From the NCBI GenBank assembly GCA_001687465.1, contig LVLI01000005.1, positions 1-64,000 of the forward strand: DNA of 64,000 bases, given 5' to 3'. Source of the DNA: Halocafeteria seosinensis (taxonomy: Eukaryota). Positions 52,101 to 64,000 of the stretch are shown piece by piece; within the stretch, counting starts at the first letter, position 1, and every line of letters begins with the position of its first letter. The notes under the pieces are model-generated. The model was not told the DNA's origin, searched no databases, and was given only the letters and a program-made list of their open reading frames with translations. The position numbers were made by a program, and so were the translations under genes.

Positions 52101-52470
52101 GCCAGGGAATCCAGTTGCTTGCGAGCAGCCACAATGGAGCTCTCGGAGCTCATTCCGAAATGCGGCCGCAAGAGATACGTACCAAGAGAGCAGCGAGGAC
52201 CTCGAGGTGTGCACAATGCTTAATGATGACCAAATGGTTTCTAATGTGGGGCGGGATGTATTGCTCAATCCATGCTCCAGAGGATACAGGTATTCGTCCA
52301 CTCTTGTCGGAAACAATGTGCCGAAAAACTCTTACGAGGAAGCGTTGCGCGACGCAAGCACTATCAAGAGCACAACCTACGGAAGAAAGGAACCCTCCGT
52401 TGGAGCCTCGCGACCTTCTAGGCGCAAAAAAGCAAAAGCGCAGCGCCACATATTGAAAGGGACTGCGTAA
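49116..52470 (+). CDS. Large Ser/Glu-rich low-complexity hypothetical protein (two ORFs, possibly one gene)
   Basis: ORFs of 617 and 598 aa with similar composition; an in-frame intron 50718-50901 is possible. Confidence 0.55.
51333..51637 (+). repeat. Internal coding duplication (~135 bp unit, twice)
   Basis: EVQCEETSKR..ERGTSESE..DLKNLSSVA vs EVQCVETSNR..ERGTSESE..DLEDLSSVA. Confidence 0.9.
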
Positions 52471-52721
52471 ATACTTTTGCAGTCAAACCAAAGTAGTCCC
52501 GTATTGATGGGTCAAGTAAGTTGGATGTGCACAACTCATTGGCAATATTAATGAAATGAAGATGAAGCCATTCTCCCAAAGTAATGCTCTTATTCCTCCT
52601 GTTTTCTCGGTTCCATTATGAGGATCGGTGATCACCATTCTGCGACTCGCGGAAAGAGGGTCTCCGTCCGAGAGAAACGGCCAGTTCATTCAGTCGTGGC
52701 TTCAGGCAAAGCACGTTGTTA

Positions 52722-54062
52722 CTACTGTACTCGTGCTCTCTTACGCATACGTCCCTCATCTTCGACTTCCTTCTTTTTCTTACCTCCAGTATTCTTGTGC
52801 GTGTCTGATTGTTGGTTCCATTCGTGACCGACACGTGCGCCGAACCATCTCCCGACATCATCAGCATTCGCGGCATGAAAGGATGGAATACATACGGAGG
52901 TACGTGGGTCGGAAGTACTACCTGTATGCACGTTCACCGTTTCATGAAGATTACAATGGAGTAGCGTACTCTTTTCCAACAGTCCCTCCTCTGGGACAGG
53001 GCGCTCATGAAAGTCCACATTTTCTGCATCCGTACGTAGCACGTCAACGCGCCTTCGGAACCCTTTAGGAACAGCTAACAGGTGGCTTACCTGAATCCTG
53101 CGGTTTTGGTTCGAAAATGGTTGCCCTGATTCGATCTATAAAGCTGACGATATCGTTAAGATTACTCTTGTCTTTGAGGTATTCTGAATCCAGCACTGCC
53201 CTTTCTTGTTGATAGTAATAACGTTGCTTTGCCTTCCTTTCGAAAGAATCCAATTCGTTCTGTATTTTGGCTTCCGCAAACTCATGGAGCTGTTTTCTCT
53301 TTTGTTGCACAGCTTGCTGAAGCTCGTTTATCTGTTCTTCTTGTCTCAGGTGCTCACTAACTGCGCTTCCACACCAAAAGCACGAGTCGACATCGAGCGC
53401 TGGCAACAGTACGAACGGCATGAGAACTTACTCTTGGAAATGGCAAGGAGCATCATTTCTTTGGCGCTGGCTAAATCTTCTAGCACACGCGCGAAGCGGC
53501 GATGCAGTGAAGTTCGAATCGAGTTGTCTCTTCGGAAGGGTGCTTGTGGGTCGAGAGCTATGTGATCCAGGTCACTTCCAGAACCACCGCTACTGTGGCC
53601 CTCGTTGTGACTGTACGTCTCAGGCCGCGAGCCGGAAGCCGCCGAACCAGTTGCACTTGATCCACTGCGCGCAAGCTGCCTGTTCATCCTTGTATAGAGC
53701 TTCTTAATTTTGGTTTGTAGAGCGACTGTGTTCCCCTTAGCCTGGCTGGAAGTCTCCCCGCCGGATGCTCGTTTGGCGCTTTCCGGTGTACTATCACAGG
53801 CTTCCGAGACGAGCGCAAACATGCGCGTGACAGTCGTATCGAGCTGCTCCAATGCTGTGTACATCACTTGGCGCGGTGTATGGTCGTGGAACTGGGAGCG
53901 ATGGAGCTCATAAATGCGCCGGACAGCTTCCTCCTGTCCATCTGCCTGTTCAACGGAGGTCATGACGTTGGATGGTAGTGAAGAAGTGCCAATGTTGTTC
54001 GCCACCGTGGTACCTTGACAACCCTCCTCCGTCTGCACGCTGCTGGTCCACCATGGACCATG
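52722..54062 (-). CDS. Hypothetical coiled-coil protein, multi-exon
   Basis: ORFs 53346-54038, 53065-53421 and 52722-53042 with GTAAG donors between them; ends uncertain. Confidence 0.5.
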
Positions 54063-55072
54063 GTCAAAATCAGAGCTTCACAGACGTGGACGACGGATAT
54101 CATTGCAATCATTGGTATGACCTGAACAGCGCGGTTTTGTTGACTGAACATTTTGCTTTGGGTATAATGGTCGCCGTCACTTGCGGGTTGATGCGCTGAG
54201 GCTTTTGAAAGACCTTGTATGTTTACGATACTGAGGCAGACTTGCGATCCCTCAAGGGGAAGCTCTGCACAACGTACCGGTATTCCATTCAGCCGGTAGG
54301 CCATAAATTATACACCTCTACTACTACGTAACTTGATACCCATCTCGTTCGTTTTCGCTCCATAGCATTGTATTACACAGTACACTTGGCTATTCTCTTA
54401 GTTCCCGTGCCCGTTGGTTTGGGACTTCCATGACGACGAAGATGTGACTGATGGCCCACCGGCAGCTGGATGTTAGCCGCTACACTTAGGTAGCAGCTGG
54501 CGCCCGTGTCTGGCAGCTACAGGCCCGCTGTTCCACTAGGAGAGAGGCAGCATAAACGAGTGACTTCAAAGCATTGACGCAGACCCACACTTCAGTATCC
54601 GTTTCCGTCACATCCCATGGGACCTCCGCATGGCATATTACCGGTAAATCGAACCCCTGTATAAAAGTGTTGCCGGTTTGTTCGGAGCGTCCATAAGCAC
54701 AGCATTTGATCTGGTCAAGTCTGGTACAACTACTTGTACTGAAAGTGTACAACTTTTGGTGTATAGAACTTGATCGAATTGGTTTTACAGAGGATACTTG
54801 TCTCCATTTGTACTGACGAACTTTTGACTTTCGAGTCGAAAGTTTCAACGGTCTTAGCCTGAACATGATACAATCAAAAGACTTTTTGGGAATGCGAACA
54901 CAGTTTGAGTACTAGGCGAACGGTAATTTGGTGTGTGGGTGTGTTTTTGTTGAGTTGTATTGGACAGTACTGGAAGACTTCTGGCTACAAGTCCATGACT
55001 CTTCGTGTGTGTTGCCTCTGCGCGATGCTATCGGCTTCCGCTTCAGTCTTAACTTTGCCTGGAGGGGCGAAT

Positions 55073-55231
55073 ACACACACACACAAATGTGACAGATAGC
55101 CCACCGGCCGGGGAATTGACCGCATCCTCTTAACGAGGAGCGGTATGCGCCCGTGTTAAGCAGCGACGGGCCCGCTGTTCCTGCAGCCTTGCTGACATAC
55201 GCCATGAGGAAATTCCAGCATATCAATTTGC
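55073..55231 (-). mobile_element. TG-tailed repeat, copy A (putative truncated non-LTR retrotransposon 3' end)
   Basis: ~130-160 bp highly similar to 60710-60856; (CA)n + ATGTGACAGATAGCC. Confidence 0.65.
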
Positions 55232-55371
55232 GCGGATGGTGGTAAATATCGCTAGTATTATTCGTTTATAGTGGTCGTGGCCGATACACAGTAAATGCAT
55301 GCCCGTATCCGTAAACTGACTGACCACAGTAACTAATGACTGCATTACTCAACAAAAAGTATCGAGGAAAG

Positions 55372-58300
55372 CTAAGTAGCCGTTTCAGCGTTGCGGCCAT
55401 CGACACTGGATCTCTTGGATAGTGCAAAACTTGAGGGAAGCTCGTTTTCCAAGGCATGCTTAAGACTTAGTCCGAAGGTTTCTTCTGACAGGACCGGTAT
55501 TTCGGGGTTAAACGATGTCCGTGCATAGCGCCGCAATGCAACATGGTCGATTGTTCCAATGGAGGCAACGACATGAACATGAATCTTTCTTACTTGACCA
55601 AGTCTCCAAACCCTGCCGATCGCTTGCTGCTGGGTGGCACTCCCGGTACAAGGTTCCACCACAACCACATGATTTGCCGTCTGCAGGTTGATTCCCATAC
55701 CTCCCGCGCTATATTGCACTATCAGAACCGATTTTTCGTGGTTTGTTTCCGCCCAAAACTTATTGACAATTTCTCCTCGATCTGAACACTTCACAGAACC
55801 GCTTAGCACAAGTATCATTGCAGACGGTACGAGTTTTTCAAATGCTTTTTTGAGGTACGTAGCGCTCCTGCCAGAGCTAACAAAAACAAGCGCTTTTTCC
55901 GTGGGTTTGAGTTGCTCTCGCAATATTTTAGCAGCAGCGCGTGCTTTAAATGTATACTTTTCCTCCCCCTGCATTCAAAAGAATGATGAGCAACGTTACG
56001 TGCACCAGACGTTCCTTCTATTGCTTTTGCCTCTTGATCCTTACCTGAATGTACTTATCGTATTTCGCGTTGATAGTTTTCTTATCGAACTCACAGTCGG
56101 ATTCATCACCCTCGTCTGACCCTGATTCGCTAAATTCTTCATCTCCCCCAGAATCGGAGTCGCCCGAGCTTTGAGCGTCCATGAGCGATGCGGCAGCGCT
56201 CGCTGCAGCTCTCCTTGGGCGCTTTATAGCACTACGCATCGGCTTAGTGACGGTAATTTCGGGAGATTGACGTGATGATTGCTTCTTGGGCGCCTTTTTC
56301 TGGGGCCTTTGGCGTTTTTGAGGAGAAGCAATTAATTTAATGGAGGAGTTTCTACTTTTTAGCTCAACGCTTTGAACTATTTTGGGGTACGAAAACGGAG
56401 CATGTTCGGTAGGCTCTCCCTCACCTCCCAAAGAGCACAGTTCCTGGAGATCTTTTATCGCATTGTCGATACTACTCCGTATATCTGCAGTGGAACACCT
56501 AGAGAGAGGCTTTGACGGACTCTCATCATCAGCTGTCCCTTTCGATTTTTTGCCAGATTTCTTCTGCACCTTAAGAGCCGTGGAGGATTCGTCTCCATGA
56601 AGGCCATGCCTTGCCTTTGCTAGTCTGTCAAACCAGTTATCTACGGTATGAGGCATGCCAATAAGCTGTCTTAGCTCGTCCATGCGAAACGGTGAGCGAC
56701 AGGCAGGACACATTGGCCGGTGTTGGTGGTTGAGCATCATTTGAAGGCAACCGGCGCAGAAATAGTGACCACAGTTCAATATTCTGAAAGTCGAAAGCGT
56801 CAAATCTAACAACAATTTAGCAAAAGTATTCGTTTATCTTTGTTAGCTACTTACATTGGTTGGATGATCCATGCCTCTTCATCCTCAGGTACCAAGTCAC
56901 CCAGATCACACGGGTCAGTACTTCCACACAAAATACAAGCAAGGTGTTCCGGCCTCTGACTACTCAACCATTTATGTTTCTCTTTGGCTTCCTTCCAAGT
57001 TAGCTTTCCGCAGATGTCGGCAACACTACTCCTATCTTCTAGTGGAAGGACCAATTGATTATCAGAACACATGGCGGAATATAACCCTACTCTTGCAGAT
57101 TGGAACACTGACTGATTCAGTCGCTCCAACTGAAGCTTCGTTGCATCTCTTTTGCAGGCCATTCCGGGGACCTTCGAAAACGCATACGTATCTCGATCAA
57201 AACAAAGGCCGTATTCGGACAGAATCTTTGTGGCGTTAGGACTCTCCACGGTATCAAAAACGTGCTTCTCGATGCCCTTGCATTCCGTACACTTGGCCGG
57301 TTGGAGGGGCAACGAAGGAGAGGACCATTGCGGATACACGAACACCTTCGTTGCATCCACAGCACCGCTTGAAATAGAAGAATTTGTTTTAGCAACACTG
57401 TTTCCGTCGAGTTTGTCTTGCAGTGACTCCAACGACTGGTGGAACATTGACGAGGCTGAAGAAGACATAGAACTCAGTGGGGCCTCGTCAGTATTTCCGG
57501 ATAGAGTAGTTCCATGAGTAGGACCTAAGAGCTTATCCATATACTCACGGCTTTGCTTCGTTACAGTGCCTGTAACGAAAGCAGTATACATTAATCTAAG
57601 CAACTTTCCTGCATGACCGTGAGGATCCCATTTCCTTTCGTCATCTGGGCTTGGGTCGAGGTTGACAAGGAACCTGGTCACGTCCGCATAAAACTTGCGA
57701 ATTTCAGATACACTCTCTAGGGGGACGATTGTCCAGGTACATTCGAGTTTGCAACTACTACTTTCCTCAGGCTCATGTGTGTCGGGTTGTTTTTGTTTGG
57801 TGACACTGCTTAGATTGCTCGAAGAGTTTCCGTTCTTCCGTATCTTCGTTGTGTACTGATGTTGGGAGAGGAGCGGGCTTTCAAAAAGCGTGCGTCCCGT
57901 ATCCTCATACCTTTGATCTTTATCCAAATGAAAAATATGATAATGCTCGATCACATCAGCTAGGCCTTGTGGCTGCTCACGCACTGACGAGACGGATAAA
58001 AGCCTCTCACGAAGTGTGAATATTGCAGGAGAGACTGGATGAAGAGACGCAAACTTAATTGGTTGCATGGACGCTGTAAGCAACACAATTTCGTCCGCTC
58101 GTAGAATCTTAAGCTGGCGTAGTTTATCATCTGACCATTTGTGTGCTTCATCTACCACGATACCACTCCAAGATACAGTGTGCAGCATATGACGGTGAAG
58201 TGAAACTTGCTCATTAAACCTGGCGCGGTCTATTGCTCTTCCATTTAAGCCACAGCGTCGAAGCAGGGTGTCCGTTTCAGGAGCCTCGTTCTGTGGCGTG

Positions 58301-59832
58301 AAATTGATGCTGATCCCATCGTCTTCCACTTGTACTTCCTCCGTGTATGCCTGGGTACGATCTCTAGACTCTACGAGATAGTTGGAAACAATTGCCTGAA
58401 GGGTCTCTTTTCCAACAACGTGAGAATATAAAGGATGTACTGAGACCGAAATCTTTATAGAACCGACGCCAAAGTATGTGCCTTCGTGGGAGACCCCGAT
58501 AATGAACTCTGAAACGTGCTTCCAACCGTCAGGTCGCCAGGCTGGTGGAAGAGTCATCCATCTTAGCTGGTCATGGTTGCAAAATGAAGTGTTAGTCTCT
58601 CCTAACTTTTTCGTGAGGGTGGATTTGTCCGTTAAAAGGACATCGGCCTCTAAGAGTTTTGTTAATTGCTTTCGGTCAGCGGGAGACTTACTGTCCAATT
58701 TGGCAAGAGAGAGTCTTGGAAACCATTGCTTAAGGGTCACTTCCCAAGTGCTCATAATACCTCCGGGCGGGACAACAACCAATACCCCCCCTCTGAGGCA
58801 ACAATCCGTCCAAGGGTATGTCATGCTATCTGGGAAAAGATTTGGAGTCTTCGAGGTTTCTTCCTTTTGGTTTTCGATCATGAGATCCCAAGTGGACTCA
58901 GCTAGCATGTCTTCTCCGGGAACGCTCAGCATGTCCTGAGGCAGGACATAGGAGTGAGGATAAGAAGAAACCGAACCTCGATGAAAGCGTGAGCTGTTTT
59001 TCTCTTCTCTTTGCTTCTTACGTAAGAAAGCTTTTAATGACGAATAGGCAAGTCCAATCATGGTTTTCCCTAGTCCAGTGGGAATACTACACAAATAAAT
59101 CGGCACCCCGAAATCTCCACCGATAACACCTCCTGTTTCCATCCGTCCTGTGCTTTGCTCGTCCGTCGTAGTCACCATGGCAGAGGAAGTCACCCTCGCT
59201 GGGGTATTATCCCGGACGAACCTGCCCACTGAATATGGCACTGAGGGATATGCGAATACCAAACAGGACGCGCCATTCTCACTTGGGATATATCCGTGAG
59301 GAAATCCGGAGAAAACAACATTAATCCTGTCGTCAGAATCAGAAGTGTCTGAGTCTTTATCGACGACAACCCTATACAACCTGTCACTGTACGAGTCATA
59401 TGATCCGTCGACCGGAACGATGCTCCCTCTAAATTCGAGGCGTGGTAGGATCTCTTCAGCCCACTTCCCATAGCTCTGCAGTAGGTGTTCAGTAGATTTC
59501 CATCCTATTCGACTTCCTAACCAACGCATGCACGCTTGCTGATGAGGAAGAAGTCTCAAACCAGGATCGATCACTTCGCTCAACGCGGCAGTCATGTCAT
59601 CTGGCATCGTATCGGTTTCCGATATCGCTTTCTTGTTGTCAGACAATCGAAGGGTAGGCTTAGGTTCGCCGCATCTAGTGTGACCCTTTTCCCGGATGCG
59701 TATGCGTTCGAGATTGTAACACATGAAGTCCCCTAGCTCCTCAACAGAGGACTTCCCCGTGTACAGTGCATGCCCAGCTACGTCACCGTTATTGTTAGCA
59801 AACTTGTTTTTCTTTGGATTTGAAGCGCTCAT
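55372..59832 (-). CDS. Divergent SNF2-family ATPase with RING finger (Rad5/Rad16/SHPRH-like architecture); introns 56784-56854 and 55969-56044
   Basis: LLPHQ, TGLGKT, VLVVVP..W, IVVDEAH, LLTAS, RING CILC..CGHYFCAGC..CPACR, GGMGINLQTANHV, QQAIGRVWRLGQ. Confidence 0.88.
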
Positions 59833-60709
59833 GATGTACGCCAATAACAATATATTGATAAAGAGCAATATCAGTATCAGTATTCCTTCGAGATTGGGCG
59901 AAGGGTGTCAGAAGTCAGGTGTCACTACTCTTTCTGTGAAAATCCTTATGGGGCTTTCCGTATCGTATCGAAGTTATCTCAAAGACCAAGAAAAAATATC
60001 TGGAGAAAAAAATCAAACTTATGCAGCTTCAATTGAAGAACCTCTGAATCGTAACATGTGCTTGCTTTGCAGGACAAGTAGACAATCCAAAGACATTACC
60101 GACATTCCGAAGCTATTTGTTTCTCGTGCTTTTCCGCATGACTTCGTAGAGGAAGTTAAGTGACACAAGCTGTCACTGGTAATTGAGGTCCCACTGCCCA
60201 TTTTGAGGGATATGAAAAATGGCCTCATAGACATCATTTAGCATACCAAATCCATGCATATAATACTTAATGAACACGTCTTCGTTGGCGCTTCGCGGTT
60301 CGTGTATGTGCCCAGAGCCTGCTGGGCGCCAAAAACCAGTTCGAAGTTCCTTTGGGGAAAATGGAGGTATAGACGCACATGAACCTTCTGACTACCTCCA
60401 CATAAAAACGACGGAATGAGGAAATCGGTCATTGTACTCCTGATGTGGAAGCGAGCGTTTCCGGTGTCTGCTCCAGTTCGCGCAGGGCAGAATGAACTCC
60501 GCTTCATTTTGAAGATAAAGTGTCACGACAATTGCAAGTTTTTATGAAGGGTTAAAACGCAAACGACATATTTGTTCTACTTCTGGATGTCCTGGAGCAA
60601 CTTCTTGCAATTTTTCTTGCTTCTTCCATTTTACGGTACCATTATCAGAGCTTTTTCTAACTCTTTTTCGATGTAGAGAAAAAGAATGCTCACCGCCGCA
60701 CTGTGTATT

Positions 60710-60895
60710 CACACACACATATGTGACAGATAGCCTACCGAATTGACCACATCCTCAACGAGGAGCGGTATGCGCCCGAGTCAAGCAGCGACGGGCCCCC
60801 CTGTTCCTGCAGCCTTGCTGACATGCGCCGTGAGGGATCACAACACTGGATTTGCTCAGGAGGCACCGGGGGAGGAGCCATGCATGCGCCAACGA
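60710..60895 (-). mobile_element. TG-tailed repeat, copy B, with candidate 7-bp target-site duplication TGTATTC
   Basis: Similar to copy A; TGTATTC at 60704-60710 and 60896-60902. Confidence 0.68.
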
Positions 60896-61460
60896 TGTAT
60901 TCTTTTATCTGGCTCTTGAGCAACTACAGTATCTGTTTCTTCCCTTCCTTCAGCTGCCCGTTTTCTGAAACTTTACTCTTTATTCCAGAAGCTAGATATT
61001 TTTCATGCTCTTTAGGAATATTTCCTTTCTGGTAACATTTTTCTTCTTGCTCTCTTCGTCGTTCGACAGCAATGATTTCCTTCATTGTGTGCAGCTTGTT
61101 GCGGCATACGGCAATTCATGGCAAAGTTTTTGCTTGACTTGTGTGATAGACAAAACGCCGTTTGCTACCGCGGATACGGTTGGTATTGTAACAAATTAAT
61201 ATTAGTTATGTGAGCAATATTTCCGGAGGGGAAGCCCAAATGCGGTCAACGTGGGCTACAGTGTACCTGTCACATACGTGAAGCTCGGCGTGAACTGAAG
61301 TGGAGTCTCTTCAAGTTACGACAGCTTAAGGCGTCAGCGTAATTTCACACACTCCCTAGAAAGTCTAGCCCAGAATACAGAAGTGGTATCGTGTTGTTGT
61401 TGAATCTCCCTTGTTAGTATTTCCTGTCTGTCGCAGTGAGATTGATAGTCACGTTTCAAC

Positions 61461-62694
61461 ATGAGCAAAGAGGCTGTTTCCGAAGGCAATAGCGCTTCCT
61501 CCGACGCTCCACATAAGCAGAATCCTTTCAAGGAGCTTCCAAAAGATGAGAGAATCCGCCGTCAGATTGAATTTTACTTTAGCGACGCTAATATGAGGCG
61601 TGACAAGTTCTTAAGGTCGAAAGTCGAAGCAGAACCGCAGGTAAGTGGAGGCGCGCTGATTGCATATGTGGAAATTTATTCAGACGGGAGCATGTGACGC
61701 TGCACGATCATCTTTTCTTGATCTTATGCAGGGATTTGTTGATCTTTCTATACTGGTTACATTCAATAGGCTGAAAGAGCTTTCGACAGACTACGAGGAA
61801 ATCTGCAATGCGGTGAAGGACTCCGAGGTTGTGCAAGTCAGCGCAGATAAGACCAAGATCAGACGGAAAACTCCATTACCCGCTAATGACGACCCTTCCA
61901 CAAGGACAGTCTATGTCAAGGGCAGATTTCCACAAGATTCAGAACTTGATGCCCTGATAGCGTTTTTCCGGCAATACTTCCCCGTTAAGATTGTACACAT
62001 GAGGCGGACTCGCAACAAGGAGAAATTGTTTAAGGTAAGACTGACATCGTGAAGCATAACGCTGTGCCCGAAGGATATTATGTCAGCTATCTTAATGAGA
62101 ACACAGGGCTCCGTTTTTGTGGAATTCGAGAACAAAGATGACGCTCACAAATTCGTAGAGATGGCGACCTCGGAAGACGGCCTCCAATATGAAGGCAAAA
62201 AATTAGAACGTGCCATGATGCAGAAAGACTACCTGGAAATGAAGAAGAAAGAAAGATTAGAGCAAAAAGAAAAAAAGTTGGGTTTTAAACGGGAGATGAT
62301 CCCAAATTGTATTTTACGCCTAACCGAGGTAGGATCTGGCGCAACTTGGCAAACGCTTCAGAATACTCTTTCCAAGGTAGGAGATGTTAAATTCAGTGAG
62401 CTAGATGAGCAAAACCATACAGCTTATTTGCGCTTTGCGGACGCCAACGAGTGTACGCGTGTGAAGGATGCCCTAGATGCTTCTCGCGAACATCCGGAAG
62501 CGGAGGACACGAAATTCTCTGCCACCGATCTTGGAGGTGCTCTACCGAAGGCAGATATCCTCCAGGGAGAGGAAGAAAAGCAATACTGGGAGAAAATTTG
62601 GGACAAGCAGTCGGCCCGTGTCCGCGAGAGTAGCAAACGTAAGAAAGGGGATAATCCTGGAGGCAGTAGTGCCAAAAGGGGTAGAAAAAACTAA
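61461..62694 (+). CDS. SSB: La autoantigen (La motif + RRM1 + RRM2), 3 exons
   Basis: RQIEFYFSDANMRRDKFL, TFNRLK, RTVYVKG, FKGSVFVEF, LQGEEEKQYWEK, C-terminal basic NLS-like segment. Confidence 0.92.
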
Positions 62695-62778
62695 TAATCC
62701 ACATGCATCCATTCATGTCACCGTATCCAATGCGCGTCTACTTGCGAGCACAAAGCGGCGTTGATTTGCGTGTAGATA

Positions 62779-63966
62779 TCAATAAGCTGTCGGTTGAGCG
62801 ATTGGCTGTTTCCTTGTCCGGCCGCTATATTGGGCCACCAGGGAGAGGAGAAACCCAACAAATACTAAAGAGCATCCTGCTATCCGCCATTTGGTGAAGG
62901 AGACGTCATTGAGTACTAGGTCAATCAATGCGTTTATTGGAATCCCTAGGGCTGTTCCCAGGGATATAAATATCGGATGCACGTACGCAATGCCAAAGTT
63001 GATCAGGAAGTTCGTCAGTAGCGCAAACACGGCAGATAGAGACATTATCAGCCAAGGCAACTTTCCGTAAGAGTAATCCTTTTCAATATCCAGTTCAGCC
63101 GCTCCAACAGAAAGGCCTACACCTATAACGCTGTTGACAAGTCCAAGCGCAGTGAGAAACCAAGAAACCTGCAGTACGTTAGCCCTGCCTAGGGCAAATT
63201 TACTCAGTGTCTTGTAGAGGGCTACAGAGCATGCCGCACCAAGACTTAAGAGGATCGGTTTCCATTCATATTTTTCGCTATCAACTTCCCACGGCGACAA
63301 CACTCCGACTACCCCCGCTAGGGTCACGATAACAGAAACCAGAAACATCACGGGATGTGGAATGCGAGACTTGATTAGTAGCATAGAGAAAAAGTAAACC
63401 CATAACGGACTTGTTGCAAACATCGAAGATGCAACAGTAGCGGATGTTGACCTCAGCGCTGTCGTATATAAAACGTATGTCGTAAACCATAGGACGTAGA
63501 AGGGAACGATGACCAATATCCAGCGAACCCACGGAGAGACTTCCCAGAACCAGGTTTGCTCCTCGAATTGCCCTAGAACAGCGCATTGACAGCACGCACA
63601 TGTTGTTCGAATACCAGCGGACCTTTGAAACAAGAGTGGGGACCGTTCTTTAGACGACGAATTCTGCCTATCCGTGCTGCTGTTTATCCAAGATCCCTGT
63701 AGTACAGCAAGCATCCTTTCTGAGAGAGTACTCGAAGAGCCTCCATCATTCACGCTAGCAAATGAGGTTTCATCCGCTGTGTATCCTAGAGAAGTATAAG
63801 TAGACTCGTTATGATTTGTTCGTTCAAAATAAAACATGGACGAGAGTATGCATGTCGGAATGAGAAGCAAGATATTCCAACTTGTGACGAACCACGCTAT
63901 GATTGTAGCCGGAGCTTCGTCCAAATCTTTATCTCCTGGAAATCTTTCCGATTCTTCGGAAGTCTG
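62779..63966 (-). CDS. DMT/EamA superfamily, SLC35F-like transporter (5' part lies beyond the window)
   Basis: LWFTTYVLYTTAL..TSAT, WVYFFS, ALYKTLSK, NFLINFGI..PIFISLGTALGIP; multiple TM helices; acceptor TTTCTCTGCAG near 63965. Confidence 0.85.
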   Translation of the reverse strand, partial: QTSEESERFPGDKDLDEAPATIIAWFVTSWNILLLIPTCILSSMFYFERTNHNESTYTSLGYTADETSFASVNDGGSSSTLSERMLAVLQGSWINSSTDRQNSSSKERSPLLFQRSAGIRTTCACCQCAVLGQFEEQTWFWEVSPWVRWILVIVPFYVLWFTTYVLYTTALRSTSATVASSMFATSPLWVYFFSMLLIKSRIPHPVMFLVSVIVTLAGVVGVLSPWEVDSEKYEWKPILLSLGAACSVALYKTLSKFALGRANVLQVSWFLTALGLVNSVIGVGLSVGAAELDIEKDYSYGKLPWLIMSLSAVFALLTNFLINFGIAYVHPIFISLGTALGIPINALIDLVLNDVSFTKWRIAGCSLVFVGFLLSLVAQYSGRTRKQPIAQPTAY

Positions 63967-64000
63967 CAGAGAAAAAAAAATGACATCAATGATCATCTGA

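Noticed and set aside
54486..54866. 126-aa minus-strand ORF next to repeat A
   Set aside because: No recognisable motif or splice context
55073..60895. LTR retrotransposon or composite transposon bounded by repeats A and B
   Set aside because: No gag/pol, integrase or transposase inside, no TG..CA LTR ends, no shared outer TSD; B has its own candidate TSD
15401..62694. Functional cluster of transcription and RNA-processing genes (TAF1, CTD phosphatase, ELOC, RPC1, La, CPDase)
   Set aside because: Interspersed with unrelated genes; plausible by chance in a compact genome
1..64000. CRISPR arrays, rRNA, tRNA, snRNA or telomeric arrays
   Set aside because: No repeat-spacer pattern or recognisable conserved RNA motifs seen by eye

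Overview
Gene-dense nuclear DNA of a unicellular eukaryote, with short GT-AG introns and about 20 genes. A stramenopile-like protist is my guess, not established. Recognisable genes: mitochondrial Rieske protein, a RECQL4/Sld2-like protein with an eroded helicase core, a TTL-family ligase, minor-spliceosome U11/U12-65K (RNPC3), a secreted bacterial-type PKD/Ig-like protein, 2H cyclic phosphodiesterase, OXLD1-like, TAF1, IST1, CTD small phosphatase, kinesin-5, ERICH2-like, CCDC25, Elongin C, RPC1, a PPR protein, a divergent SNF2-RING ATPase, La, and an SLC35F-like transporter. Between them lie decayed sequences: a TTL pseudogene, a partial TAF1 copy and broken membrane-protein ORFs. A small repeat family ending in CTATCTGTCACAT..(TG)n occurs three times and looks like 5'-truncated non-LTR retrotransposon ends; two copies bracket the SNF2-RING gene. 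Best leads: the RecQ4 pseudo-helicase, the TG-tailed retroelement, the probable bacterial HGT surface protein and the minor-spliceosome marker. All calls rest on by-eye motif recognition. No searches were run, and exon boundaries are manual predictions.
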